The notes beneath the pieces are model-generated. The model ran no database searches. It saw only the letters and a program-made list of their open reading frames with translations, and had not been told where the DNA came from. Of a stretch of 64,000 nucleotides of DNA, positions 19,742-28,522 are shown piece after piece. Origin of the DNA: a virus; IMG/VR virus record IMGVR_UViG_3300032087_002150, positions 87,661 through 151,660 of that record; one strand, 5' to 3'. Positions within the stretch are counted from its first letter, which is position 1; the number at the start of each line of letters is the position of its first letter. Position numbers and translations under genes: made by a program.

Positions 19742-20553
19742 TATGGATTATTAAAATAGTCATGAGGCACATAGGTATCACTATCTAGTATTGACGGCGA
19801 TACGGTATAATCAGAGTCCAATGAAACTGGACGAGGATTCGTTTCAACTCTTACAGTCTCCAAATACCTATCAGAGTCAGCAGAGTTAATATCCATATTG
19901 TACATATCCATGTCGATACGAGTAATAATCTTGCCTTCGTCTGGTTTTGGACCATAGAAGTTTACTTTCATATCAAAGGTCAAGGTATAGATTATCGTAC
20001 GACGATCTTCCATCGCTCCTTCAAAGTTATCAGTAAATGCTACCGACTGTAATATTACAGGAACGTCTTCTTTGATATCCGGATAATCTTCAATCGGTTT
20101 AAAACTTACTGTGTATTGTGGAGCAAAGTAAGGCAATATTTGTTCTACTACTTGTAGGGCATCGTTGTGCTGTTTAGCATAAACATTAAGTTCAAACGTA
20201 ATAATGTATGGAGTTGCAGTGTAGAACTTACTCGCTTTCTGACTGTCTTCAATACCAGTTCTAGTAAAATAATTGGTCTTAGGAAGTTGTCGTTGAGCAT
20301 CATACGCAATTGATAGAACTTCAAAGGACATACGAGGCAGTTTGATTGCTAACTGTCTTTCATTATCCTCGCCCTGATTCATTTCATTGATACGTTCTAA
20401 GAACTTACGAGCAGGCGCATACGCCAGAGGAACTTTTTGCTGGGCATAAACATTATTACCATCACGGCGAATCATGTATAGGTTGTTGAACATCGCACCA
20501 AATACTGCGACGCACTTCCTAACTCGCTCGTGATAAAAATGACCGCCAAACAT
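19741..20553 (-). CDS. gp15: tail sheath stabiliser/terminator
   Basis: HFYHERVRK, KLPRMSFE, EQILPYFAP. Confidence 0.95.
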   Translation of the reverse strand: MFGGHFYHERVRKCVAVFGAMFNNLYMIRRDGNNVYAQQKVPLAYAPARKFLERINEMNQGEDNERQLAIKLPRMSFEVLSIAYDAQRQLPKTNYFTRTGIEDSQKASKFYTATPYIITFELNVYAKQHNDALQVVEQILPYFAPQYTVSFKPIEDYPDIKEDVPVILQSVAFTDNFEGAMEDRRTIIYTLTFDMKVNFYGPKPDEGKIITRIDMDMYNMDINSADSDRYLETVRVETNPRPVSLDSDYTVSPSILDSDTYVPHDYFNNP

Positions 20554-21497
20554 TAACTAAAATCCCCAAATGGATTATCTTCGCTGAAGTCTACGAACTC
20601 TAATACAGAAACATCAAAGTCAGTGACGTTAGAAGTCCAAGTACTGCTCGCTCCTATTGGATTTATATCTCCACCAGCAGCGCCAGATTGAATCTGTTGT
20701 AGTTCAGCAACAGCAATAGGAGTAGCGATAGAAGTCGCAACTCCGACGCTATCAACAGAGAAAACTTGCCTTGTGGTAGTAAAGGACTTGTACTCACCAG
20801 AGGTGTTACCAACGTTGGCAAGTCTCATAATATTATCGGAATCAGACCAGTGTACAACTTCACCAGTAACAACATAATCGTCGAATGCTTGAGTAACTCT
20901 ATCCCCTCTAGTGAATCCATTAGAGGCAGAGTCCATAGTAAGTTGCCACTGATATGCGGCGAACTCTTCAATGTCGTCGATGCCCTGATATGTACCAGTA
21001 CTGAACCGTTCTCCACTGTACTCGAACAACTCAAGTCTCATTCTGAATACAGGAAGTTGCCCTAACTGATAGAAAGGATTCTCATCTTCTACCTTCATAA
21101 TCTCAAAGGTAGAACCAGATAATGGAATGTGTATCAGGTCGCCTTCGCGAGGACGATAGTAGACATCATCTTTTTTCTCAACATACTGACGAATCTCGCT
21201 GTTAAATCTACGGCGAGCCATAATAACTGTGGCAGCATCACGGATCTCTACACCAAACTTTTGAAAGAGGTCGCCCTCTCCATCGTATCCTTCTACGTTT
21301 TCAACATAGACTTCTACTTTGAATGCATATCGAAACTCTGAAAGAATCTCATCATTAAAGACCATATCTCTGGACACAACTTCTCGGGGCAGATAATAAA
21401 CATCTTGCCCATAGAACTTGAGAGATTCAACGATTAGATTTTCGTAGAGAGCTTGTTCAGATTTTACGTTGTGGCGAAAGTGTACTGAAGTTGCCAT
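20553..21497 (-). CDS. gp14: neck protein
   Basis: GQDVYYLPR, PREGDLI, PFYQLG, FSEDNPFG. Confidence 0.95.
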   Translation of the reverse strand: MATSVHFRHNVKSEQALYENLIVESLKFYGQDVYYLPREVVSRDMVFNDEILSEFRYAFKVEVYVENVEGYDGEGDLFQKFGVEIRDAATVIMARRRFNSEIRQYVEKKDDVYYRPREGDLIHIPLSGSTFEIMKVEDENPFYQLGQLPVFRMRLELFEYSGERFSTGTYQGIDDIEEFAAYQWQLTMDSASNGFTRGDRVTQAFDDYVVTGEVVHWSDSDNIMRLANVGNTSGEYKSFTTTRQVFSVDSVGVATSIATPIAVAELQQIQSGAAGGDINPIGASSTWTSNVTDFDVSVLEFVDFSEDNPFGDFS

Positions 21498-21501
21498 GAC
21501 G

Positions 21502-22260
21502 TTATCCTACAAAGAAGTCTGGCGGCACTTCCTGTTCGAGACGCATTCTTTCTCGAATCTTTTCCTGTTCTTCTCTGCCCTCTTCGATATAGCGAGCGCC
21601 ACTAATGGTGACGCCGCCAGGAAGTTGCATACCTTCAAACTTTGACATATTTTGACCCCACTGCTCTTTGATAAGGGCAGTGGTATAGTCCTTAATGAAC
21701 ATATCATTGTAGATATTGGTATGCGTTGTTGGATCAACGGTTTGATAAACTTCAAGAGCAATATATTTTCCAGCACTCAAGGTGCCGTCTTCAATATCGC
21801 TGTGCATATATAAACGATTTTGCCGACGTGCAAAAGTAATTAAAGGTAGACCATTGACTTTCATATCAATCAACTCCATGTACTGACGAACTTGGTCATA
21901 GTACGACAGACCGCCATAACCAACATCAGACATTTGATGAAAGTCGCTCATGGCAAATTGGTAGTTGAATGAAAAGAAATTAGAACTGTTAATGACCGAA
22001 GCACTAACAGGGAACATTTTAGTTACATACAATATATTTGTAGGTAGAGTAATATATTTGTTTGTAATGTCGTCAGATGTTAACTGATGTTCGTAATAGA
22101 CGCGCATAGTTGCGTCGTGATGAAACTCTTGATACAACTGAATGGCATCATCAATCTTATCTTCGATTTGATCTTCATCGACGTTGACTTCAACAACTGG
22201 TTCACCCAGTCTACGAAGGCAAAATTCGATCAGGTCAGCGCGAGATGAAACTACCGCCAT
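21502..22260 (-). CDS. gp13: neck protein
   Basis: LRRLGEPVVEVNV, KEQWGQNMSKFEGMQLPGG. Confidence 0.95.
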   Translation of the reverse strand: MAVVSSRADLIEFCLRRLGEPVVEVNVDEDQIEDKIDDAIQLYQEFHHDATMRVYYEHQLTSDDITNKYITLPTNILYVTKMFPVSASVINSSNFFSFNYQFAMSDFHQMSDVGYGGLSYYDQVRQYMELIDMKVNGLPLITFARRQNRLYMHSDIEDGTLSAGKYIALEVYQTVDPTTHTNIYNDMFIKDYTTALIKEQWGQNMSKFEGMQLPGGVTISGARYIEEGREEQEKIRERMRLEQEVPPDFFVG

Positions 22261-22261
22261 G

Positions 22262-23035
22262 TTATGCTCCGTTCAGCAATGTACCAGCAGAGTCGTAAAT
22301 TCCGATACCATTAAAACCATCAACTTGATCTGCGTTGAGGTTTGTTACTTTAGTTGTTGATGCAACAGTAAAAGGTGCTGTTCCTGTTGTGTTACTGAAG
22401 TTAACAGTTGCACCAGCAGCAGCAGTAAGTGTAGTTCCGTTATCGAACGTCAGCGTACCAGTAGTGTAGTTATCGGTAGCACCGCTGCTAAGGAACAATG
22501 GGGCATTTGAATCAATTTGACCTTGAACCTTTGCCGAATCGTACGACTCAACAGTAGCAAAGGAAAGTACACCAGATCCATTCGTAGTTATAAACTGATT
22601 AATTGCGCCATCAGAAACAGGATAAGTCAATCCGTTTAATACCGCACCACCAGATGCTGTTAAAGTATTAGTAAAAGTTTTAGCACCAGAAACAGATTGC
22701 GTACCAGTTAGTGTAACAGCAGCAGAATCAATCTGACCTAGAACTTTCGCGGAATCATATGATTCTACAGTTGCAAAAGAAAGTGTGCCTGAACCGTTTG
22801 TGGTTATAAACTGATTGATAGCACCATCAACAGTAGGATAGGTCAGACCATTTAAGACAGCACCGTTGGATGCAGTCAAAGTATTAGAGAACGTCTTAGC
22901 ACCGCTAATCGTTTGACTAGTGCCGAGAGTTACATAATTGTTTGTAACATCTGAATTTAATGCCTGAAAGTTGGAGTCTAACTCTGTGAAGGTTAGTGCA
23001 GATCCTTTTACGTTTCTTAGAGTGAGTTCGGCCAT
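22262..23035 (-). CDS. virion fibre/whisker-like structural protein with internal duplication
   Basis: N-terminal KGSALTFTELDSNF fibre motif, QTISGAKTF repeats, and a tandem 72-aa duplication. Confidence 0.65.
   Translation of the reverse strand: MAELTLRNVKGSALTFTELDSNFQALNSDVTNNYVTLGTSQTISGAKTFSNTLTASNGAVLNGLTYPTVDGAINQFITTNGSGTLSFATVESYDSAKVLGQIDSAAVTLTGTQSVSGAKTFTNTLTASGGAVLNGLTYPVSDGAINQFITTNGSGVLSFATVESYDSAKVQGQIDSNAPLFLSSGATDNYTTGTLTFDNGTTLTAAAGATVNFSNTTGTAPFTVASTTKVTNLNADQVDGFNGIGIYDSAGTLLNGA
22502..22933 (-). repeat. tandem 216-bp (72-aa) duplication
   Basis: VTLxxxQxxSGAKTF...ATVESYDSAKVxGQIDSxA occurs twice. Confidence 0.9.
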
Positions 23036-23059
23036 ACCATTATTTCCTCAGGCAAGTTG

Positions 23060-23079
23060 AGGGGGAGGATACTCCCCCT
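23060..23079. promoter_or_regulatory. GC-rich intergenic hairpin (terminator or transcript stabiliser)
   Basis: AGGGGGAG-GATA-CTCCCCCT. No good U tract on the minus strand. Confidence 0.5.
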
Positions 23080-23121
23080 TGATCTTTATTCATCACGAAT
23101 CAACAACTGATTCGTTTTAAA

Positions 23122-23502
23122 TCAGTTTGGCGCTTCGTAAGTCAGTGAAGAAATACTGATAGTATCGCCAGCACCGATAGAGGTAGATGACAAGATAATG
23201 TCGCCACCGCCACCAGTAGCAGTAACTGAACCAGTGAAGCAAGAATCACCAGCGCCAGAGAATACAGTAAACTTAGTTACAGTACCTGCTTTACAGTTAG
23301 TGTCGTCTGTGATTGCAGCAGCAGTAGCAATACCGTTAGCAGCAGCACCGAAAGCAGTTGCGCTAAAAGCAAGTGAAGCAACTACTGAGTCGTTCTGACC
23401 ACCATTCTGGAACTTAATAGAACCAGCACCGCCAGCGTCAATCAGGTCAACAACATAATCCGCAATACCGTTGCGAACATCAGTTGGGTGAGTAACAGCC
23501 AT
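23122..23502 (-). CDS. small beta-rich virion structural protein
   Basis: Gly/Ala/Thr-rich, strong AGGAG SD, within the structural cluster. Confidence 0.6.
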   Translation of the reverse strand: MAVTHPTDVRNGIADYVVDLIDAGGAGSIKFQNGGQNDSVVASLAFSATAFGAAANGIATAAAITDDTNCKAGTVTKFTVFSGAGDSCFTGSVTATGGGGDIILSSTSIGAGDTISISSLTYEAPN

Positions 23503-23523
23503 TTTAATCTCCTTTAGGATTTA

Positions 23524-23688
23524 TTACTTTTGTTTTTCATCCCGCTCTTTGCCGTCGGCGACAAGTTTAGCGAGTTGCTCTTTCGAGACTTTTGCGGTCA
23601 CTTTCACCTCTTCACGAGTGCCATCCTTTCGGATAACTGTGGCGGTGCCCGTCAACTTTCCAAGACTTGATTTAGTCTTAATACCCAT
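23524..23688 (-). CDS. small basic hypothetical protein (54 aa)
   Basis: Not in the ORF track. Manual translation MGIKTKSSLGKLTGTATVIRKDGTREEVKVTAKVS...EKQK, with GAGG upstream. Confidence 0.5.
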   Translation of the reverse strand: MGIKTKSSLGKLTGTATVIRKDGTREEVKVTAKVSKEQLAKLVADGKERDEKQK

Positions 23689-23696
23689 TATTTATA
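23689..23696 (-). promoter_or_regulatory. late promoter TATAAATA
   Basis: Exact consensus, intergenic. Confidence 0.7.
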
Positions 23697-23715
23697 ATCC
23701 TCAATGATTTAAAAA

Positions 23716-24072
23716 TTATTTAGTTACGCTCTTAGAGACAATTATTTTACCTTCTAAGATTCGTTCAACATACGGATTACCTGATGCTGAATCCGTATAT
23801 TCAATCTCCACGTCATAAACATACCTCCTCCTGGTCAAGGAGTCGGTTTGTGTGTTAGTGAGGATTATATCAATAATCCCGTCACTAGCAGGGGAAATAA
23901 CTCTAGCGTCAAATGAAACTGCTTCTGAGGAGTCTGCCCCATAACTACGATTAATCTTTCCTCTAACAGTGGTATTCGCTAAATCCCTGTAAGATGCATC
24001 TGCGTCAAGAAGTCTCAAACGCCATCTAGCGTCTGCTCCTTGATCTACATATAAATCTTCATACAATGCCAT
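23716..24072 (-). CDS. virion structural protein (BppU-N-like adaptor)
   Basis: LYVDQGAD...LTNTQT...RYVYDVEI...RILEGKIIV pattern common in marine T4-like phages. Confidence 0.7.
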   Translation of the reverse strand: MALYEDLYVDQGADARWRLRLLDADASYRDLANTTVRGKINRSYGADSSEAVSFDARVISPASDGIIDIILTNTQTDSLTRRRYVYDVEIEYTDSASGNPYVERILEGKIIVSKSVTK

Positions 24073-24104
24073 CTGTTATATCCAAGTATCTTTTTTAACT
24101 ATTC

Positions 24105-24112
24105 TATTTATA
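24105..24112 (-). promoter_or_regulatory. late promoter TATAAATA
   Basis: Exact consensus overlapping the upstream stop codon. Confidence 0.7.
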
Positions 24113-27100
24113 CTTCAATCTGACCAAGTGGTCGTCTGATAGTAATTGTCGACAATGCAGGTTTATATATTCTAAATGCTTTAACCAGCGGAATCGCCTC
24201 AGTCAACTCTGTACGTTGGGCAACACCCTCTACTGAAGATACACCAACCTCATCAGCGGTTAGATCTGCTTCTATCGAGAATACAGTTCGTTTAGTTACA
24301 GCATTAACTACTGAAGGTTGAGCATCTAAACCTGCAACGCCATTACTATCTGGCACACCTGTTGCTACAACCACTATTCTCTCAGCAACACCAGATGCTG
24401 AAGATGATCCTGCTTCTACAGATAGTCCACCTTGGTCATCAACTTCTCGATCACCAACACCAGCAACTCCGGAGGCACCAACTTCAGCAGCAGTTAGAGC
24501 ACCGTCTACTATGACAACTACTCTTTCAGCAACTCCAACTACTGTTACATCTTGAACAACAGCAGCGCCAGAACCAACTACGGTTCTTTCAGATACACCA
24601 GCAACAGTCGAAGATTGAGCAGCAGGAGTTGCGTCAGTGTCAACAACGGCACGTTCTGCCACACCAGTAACATCAGATGCATCCGCTACCACCAAAGCAG
24701 CGTATTCTGTTACAACTTCACGTTCGCCGTTACCAGTTACAGAAGAAACACCAACTTCAGCAGCAGTTAGATCGCCGTCTACTATTACGACAGTTCTTTC
24801 TGCTACGCCAGATACAGTTGCTTCTTGCGCCTTTGGCGTTCCTGACGAATTGGCAACAATTTCTGGTACAACTTCTACCTGTGAATCGCTAGGTTGTAGT
24901 GAACCAGTTGCTGTTATAACACGTTCCGCTACACCAGCGACAACGTTGTTAACAGTAGGTCTTAGGGCATGCGTAGCAAGGTTATCATCAATCTCACGTT
25001 CAGCAACGCCTGCGACTCCCGAAGCACCAACTTCCGAAGCACTTAGATCGCCATCTACAATAACAATAGTTCTCTCTGATACGCCAGAAACGGTAGAGGA
25101 TTGAGCAGAAGAAGTTGCATCAATATCGTTTATAGTTCTAATACCAGATCCATTAACTGCTGCATCTTGTGTAGTTAAGGAAACTGCTGATCTAATCTCA
25201 CGCTCTGCTACACCAGCAACAACGTTGTTGAGCGTAGGTCTTAGAGCATGGGTAACGCCATCGTCTTCAATCTCGCGTTCTGCTACACCAGCGACACCGG
25301 AAGCACCAACTTCAGCAGCAGTTAGATCTGTTTCAACAGATACGACAGTTCTTTCTGCTACGCCAGATACAACAGCATCCTGCGCCTGTATAGCACCTGT
25401 TGAGTTAGAAGTTATTTCTGTAACAGCAGTTACAACTGGCGCATCGGTGGTAAGAGTAACTGCTGACCTAATCTCACGCTCGGCAACACCAGAAACATCG
25501 GAAGGATCGTCAACTATTAGCGCAGATTGCTCGGTGATTATTTCGCGCTCACCATTACCAGCAACTACTGAAACACCGATTTCATCAGCGGTTAGATCTG
25601 CTTCAACAGATATAACAGTACGTTCGGATGTACCTACAACAACAGAAGATTGAGCAGCAGGAGTAGCATCAACATCATTGATTGTACGTTCTGCTGTTCC
25701 TGCTACAGAAGAAGAATCAACAGCGAGTGCTTGTACAACGTTGTTAGTTTCAATCTCGCGTTCTGCTACACCAGCAACACCAGAAGATCCTATCTCTGAA
25801 GCAGTTAATGCTCCGTCAACGACAGTGATTTCTCTTTCTGCTGTGCCAACAACAGTTACATTTTGAGCAGATAAGGTCGCGCCTGATCGTATTTCTCTTT
25901 CCGCGACTCCCGATACTATTGCGTCCTGAGATGCTACTTGCGGTGGTATCGGATCTCTTACAGTTCTTTCAGATACACCACCAACCGTCGAAGACTGGGC
26001 AGTAAGAGCGGTGTCAACATCAACTATAGTCCTTTCCGCAACACCAGTTTCAATACTAGAAGATTGAGCAGCAAGCGCAGTGCTGACGTCTACAATGATG
26101 CGCTCAGCGGCACCAACAACAGCAGAAGGATCATCTATCGCAAGCGCACTTACCTGAGTAACAACGTTTCGTTCAGCGTTACCTGTGGTTGCCGCTACTC
26201 CAACTTCAGCAGCAGTTAAATCAGTGTCAACTCCAACTATGGTGCGCTCAGCGACTCCAGTTTCTATAGTTGAAGAATCAGCAGCAAGAACAGTATCTAC
26301 ATCAACAATGCTGCGCTCAGCAAAACCACCTGTACCACTACCACTCGTTTGTAGAGAAGAACTTAAGACTGATGGTCCTTTAGTTGCGGTGATATTTGTA
26401 ATGTTATTTTCTGTTGGTTTTAGTGCTATTGCTCCAGCAACTATAGTACGCTCAGCAACGCCAGCAACTACATTGTTTTCTGATGGTTGTAAGGCAGCGG
26501 AAGTTACTCGTCCAATATTTGCTGTTACTGTAACTTGAGAAGGAGTATCTACTTCTGCTGCTGAGACAACAGTTACAATAGAACGTTCGCCATCACCAGC
26601 AACATCAGTAATAACTGATTCGTCATCGTGTAAAGAACCAGATCCAGTGATTTCACGTTCAGATACACCAGCAACAACAGAAGATTGAGCAGTAGGAGTT
26701 CCCGATCCAACTATGGTTCTTTCCGATACACCAGAAACAGTAACATCTTGAGAAGCAGGTGTGGCATCTACATCTGCGATGATACGCTCTGCGACACCAG
26801 AGGCACTAGATGGATCTGCGTTTACATCACCATCAACTTGCCCATGTACTTCAAGTTCAATAACACGCTCGGCAACACCAAAGACTAAGTTATTTGAAGT
26901 TGGTTGCGGAGCACCAGAACCTGTAATAACCCTCTCGGCGGCACTAGCAACGGTGCTACTTTGTGCTTGTATCGCAGCACTCTCAGATACAATAGTTCTT
27001 TCTGCTACGCCAGATACAGTAACGTCTTGAGCAGATATCGTAGGTGATGTTACAAACCCTTGATTACCTGATCCAGAAACAGAAGATGATTCCGCTGTTA

Positions 27101-27797
27101 CTGTAATGCCACCTTGATCATCGATGATTCTTTCAGCAACGCCAGCAACTACATTGTTAGCAGTAGGTTGTAACGTGCCTTGAGCAGTACGAGAAGCACG
27201 TGCTTCTCCAGATACATTATTATTAGTGATAGGTTGAAGTGCCGCTGATCCAACTTGTGTTATTTCGCGTTCGGCGGCACCATCTACTGCTACATTTTGA
27301 GCAGATACAGCACCTGATGCATTTCTAGTTGCTGTAGCGGAACCAGAAACAGTAGAATTTTGTGCTTGCGGGGAACCACTACCATTACTTGTGATTACAG
27401 TGGTTCCAGAAACAGAAGATTCTTGAGCAGCAGGAGTAGCATCAGTATCTACTACACTACGTTCGGCAATACCTGCGACGTCTGATGCGTCAGATACAAC
27501 GAGGGCAGCGACCTCAGAGACAACTTCACGTTCACCATTACCAGTTACGGAAGAAACACCAATCTCATCAGCAGTTAAATCTGCTTCGATTGTTGTTACA
27601 GTTCTCTTGGTAGTACCTGAGACGGAAGAATCTTGTGATTGGGCAGCGCCAGATCCAGTAATCTTGCGCTCGGCAACTCCAGAGACTGTTGCGTCTTGCG
27701 CTGTTAGTTCAACGACGAGTCTATGCTCGCCGCCAACATATCCAGAATCATGATACGTATCGTCTACGTATGGGATAAACTGTGCTGATGATGCCAA
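24108..27797 (-). CDS. large repeat-built virion protein (about 30-aa GVAERxI repeats)
   Basis: Almost entirely tandem degenerate repeats. TTG start, with a late promoter upstream. Confidence 0.75.
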   Translation of the reverse strand: MASSAQFIPYVDDTYHDSGYVGGEHRLVVELTAQDATVSGVAERKITGSGAAQSQDSSVSGTTKRTVTTIEADLTADEIGVSSVTGNGEREVVSEVAALVVSDASDVAGIAERSVVDTDATPAAQESSVSGTTVITSNGSGSPQAQNSTVSGSATATRNASGAVSAQNVAVDGAAEREITQVGSAALQPITNNNVSGEARASRTAQGTLQPTANNVVAGVAERIIDDQGGITVTAESSSVSGSGNQGFVTSPTISAQDVTVSGVAERTIVSESAAIQAQSSTVASAAERVITGSGAPQPTSNNLVFGVAERVIELEVHGQVDGDVNADPSSASGVAERIIADVDATPASQDVTVSGVSERTIVGSGTPTAQSSVVAGVSEREITGSGSLHDDESVITDVAGDGERSIVTVVSAAEVDTPSQVTVTANIGRVTSAALQPSENNVVAGVAERTIVAGAIALKPTENNITNITATKGPSVLSSSLQTSGSGTGGFAERSIVDVDTVLAADSSTIETGVAERTIVGVDTDLTAAEVGVAATTGNAERNVVTQVSALAIDDPSAVVGAAERIIVDVSTALAAQSSSIETGVAERTIVDVDTALTAQSSTVGGVSERTVRDPIPPQVASQDAIVSGVAEREIRSGATLSAQNVTVVGTAEREITVVDGALTASEIGSSGVAGVAEREIETNNVVQALAVDSSSVAGTAERTINDVDATPAAQSSVVVGTSERTVISVEADLTADEIGVSVVAGNGEREIITEQSALIVDDPSDVSGVAEREIRSAVTLTTDAPVVTAVTEITSNSTGAIQAQDAVVSGVAERTVVSVETDLTAAEVGASGVAGVAEREIEDDGVTHALRPTLNNVVAGVAEREIRSAVSLTTQDAAVNGSGIRTINDIDATSSAQSSTVSGVSERTIVIVDGDLSASEVGASGVAGVAEREIDDNLATHALRPTVNNVVAGVAERVITATGSLQPSDSQVEVVPEIVANSSGTPKAQEATVSGVAERTVVIVDGDLTAAEVGVSSVTGNGEREVVTEYAALVVADASDVTGVAERAVVDTDATPAAQSSTVAGVSERTVVGSGAAVVQDVTVVGVAERVVVIVDGALTAAEVGASGVAGVGDREVDDQGGLSVEAGSSSASGVAERIVVVATGVPDSNGVAGLDAQPSVVNAVTKRTVFSIEADLTADEVGVSSVEGVAQRTELTEAIPLVKAFRIYKPALSTITIRRPLGQIEV

Positions 27798-27835
27798 GGT
27801 GTTACCTTTTTATAGTTATAAATCAGTACAACTAC

Positions 27836-27843
27836 TATTTAGG
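27836..27843 (-). promoter_or_regulatory. late promoter variant CCTAAATA
   Basis: Upstream of the 1229-aa repeat gene. Confidence 0.55.
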
Positions 27844-28522
27844 CAGTTTCTATTTCCTCAATCACGTTTTCGGCCATTGCTTTTCCTCGTTCATCACCAT
27901 TAAAGACGAATGCTATAGTAGTTCTGAGGCAATTGGTCTTAGCAGCATGATATAAAAGTCTATCAGGTTCTTCATATGTTCCATAATATCCATACTTACA
28001 CTGCCAACCCTTCACGTCAGGGATTACTACATGTTCTTTGGTTTTGGGATCAATATGTTCCCATTGCCCGTCACCGCTTTCAGACCAAGTAAAGATAATA
28101 TTAAATCCTGGTGCGTTGGCGTTGTTATGCCAACCAATATAACCTTTTGGGGGGTAAACCATAGAAAGTGCTTTACGGTGAGCACCAAGATAAATGCAAA
28201 CATCATCAACAAGTTGTTCACCCTTTCCCGCGAGTTCTACTTGTTTGTCGATATCGGCGTATCGAAAGTGTTCCGCTCTCAGTTCAAATCCCATCGATGA
28301 TTCTGGGTATCCAAAATGTTCTCTACCTTTGTAGATTATTTGTTTGCGGTAATCGTCTCCAGTGTACCAGTCAGCATCATCATCTTTGTTGTAGTTGCTG
28401 ACTTTTGCAATGTCAATCGTTTGTACTAAATCAGAATATTCGTTTAACAGATCTAAGAATTCTTCATTGCGAATAATCGCAGTGTTCATCGGTTCAGCAT
28501 AAAAATCCATAATATTAATCAA
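27839..28522 (-). CDS. cupin/2OG-Fe(II) oxygenase-like protein with HxN motif
   Basis: YPPKGYIGWHNNAN...LLYHAA...LRTTI shows double-stranded beta-helix-type His spacing. Confidence 0.55.
   Translation of the reverse strand: MINIMDFYAEPMNTAIIRNEEFLDLLNEYSDLVQTIDIAKVSNYNKDDDADWYTGDDYRKQIIYKGREHFGYPESSMGFELRAEHFRYADIDKQVELAGKGEQLVDDVCIYLGAHRKALSMVYPPKGYIGWHNNANAPGFNIIFTWSESGDGQWEHIDPKTKEHVVIPDVKGWQCKYGYYGTYEEPDRLLYHAAKTNCLRTTIAFVFNGDERGKAMAENVIEEIETA

Noticed and set aside
24552-27030. Many plus-strand ORFs (up to 155 aa) with RSATP repeats
   Set aside because: They are antisense shadows of the 1229-aa repeat gene, caused by its codon pattern.
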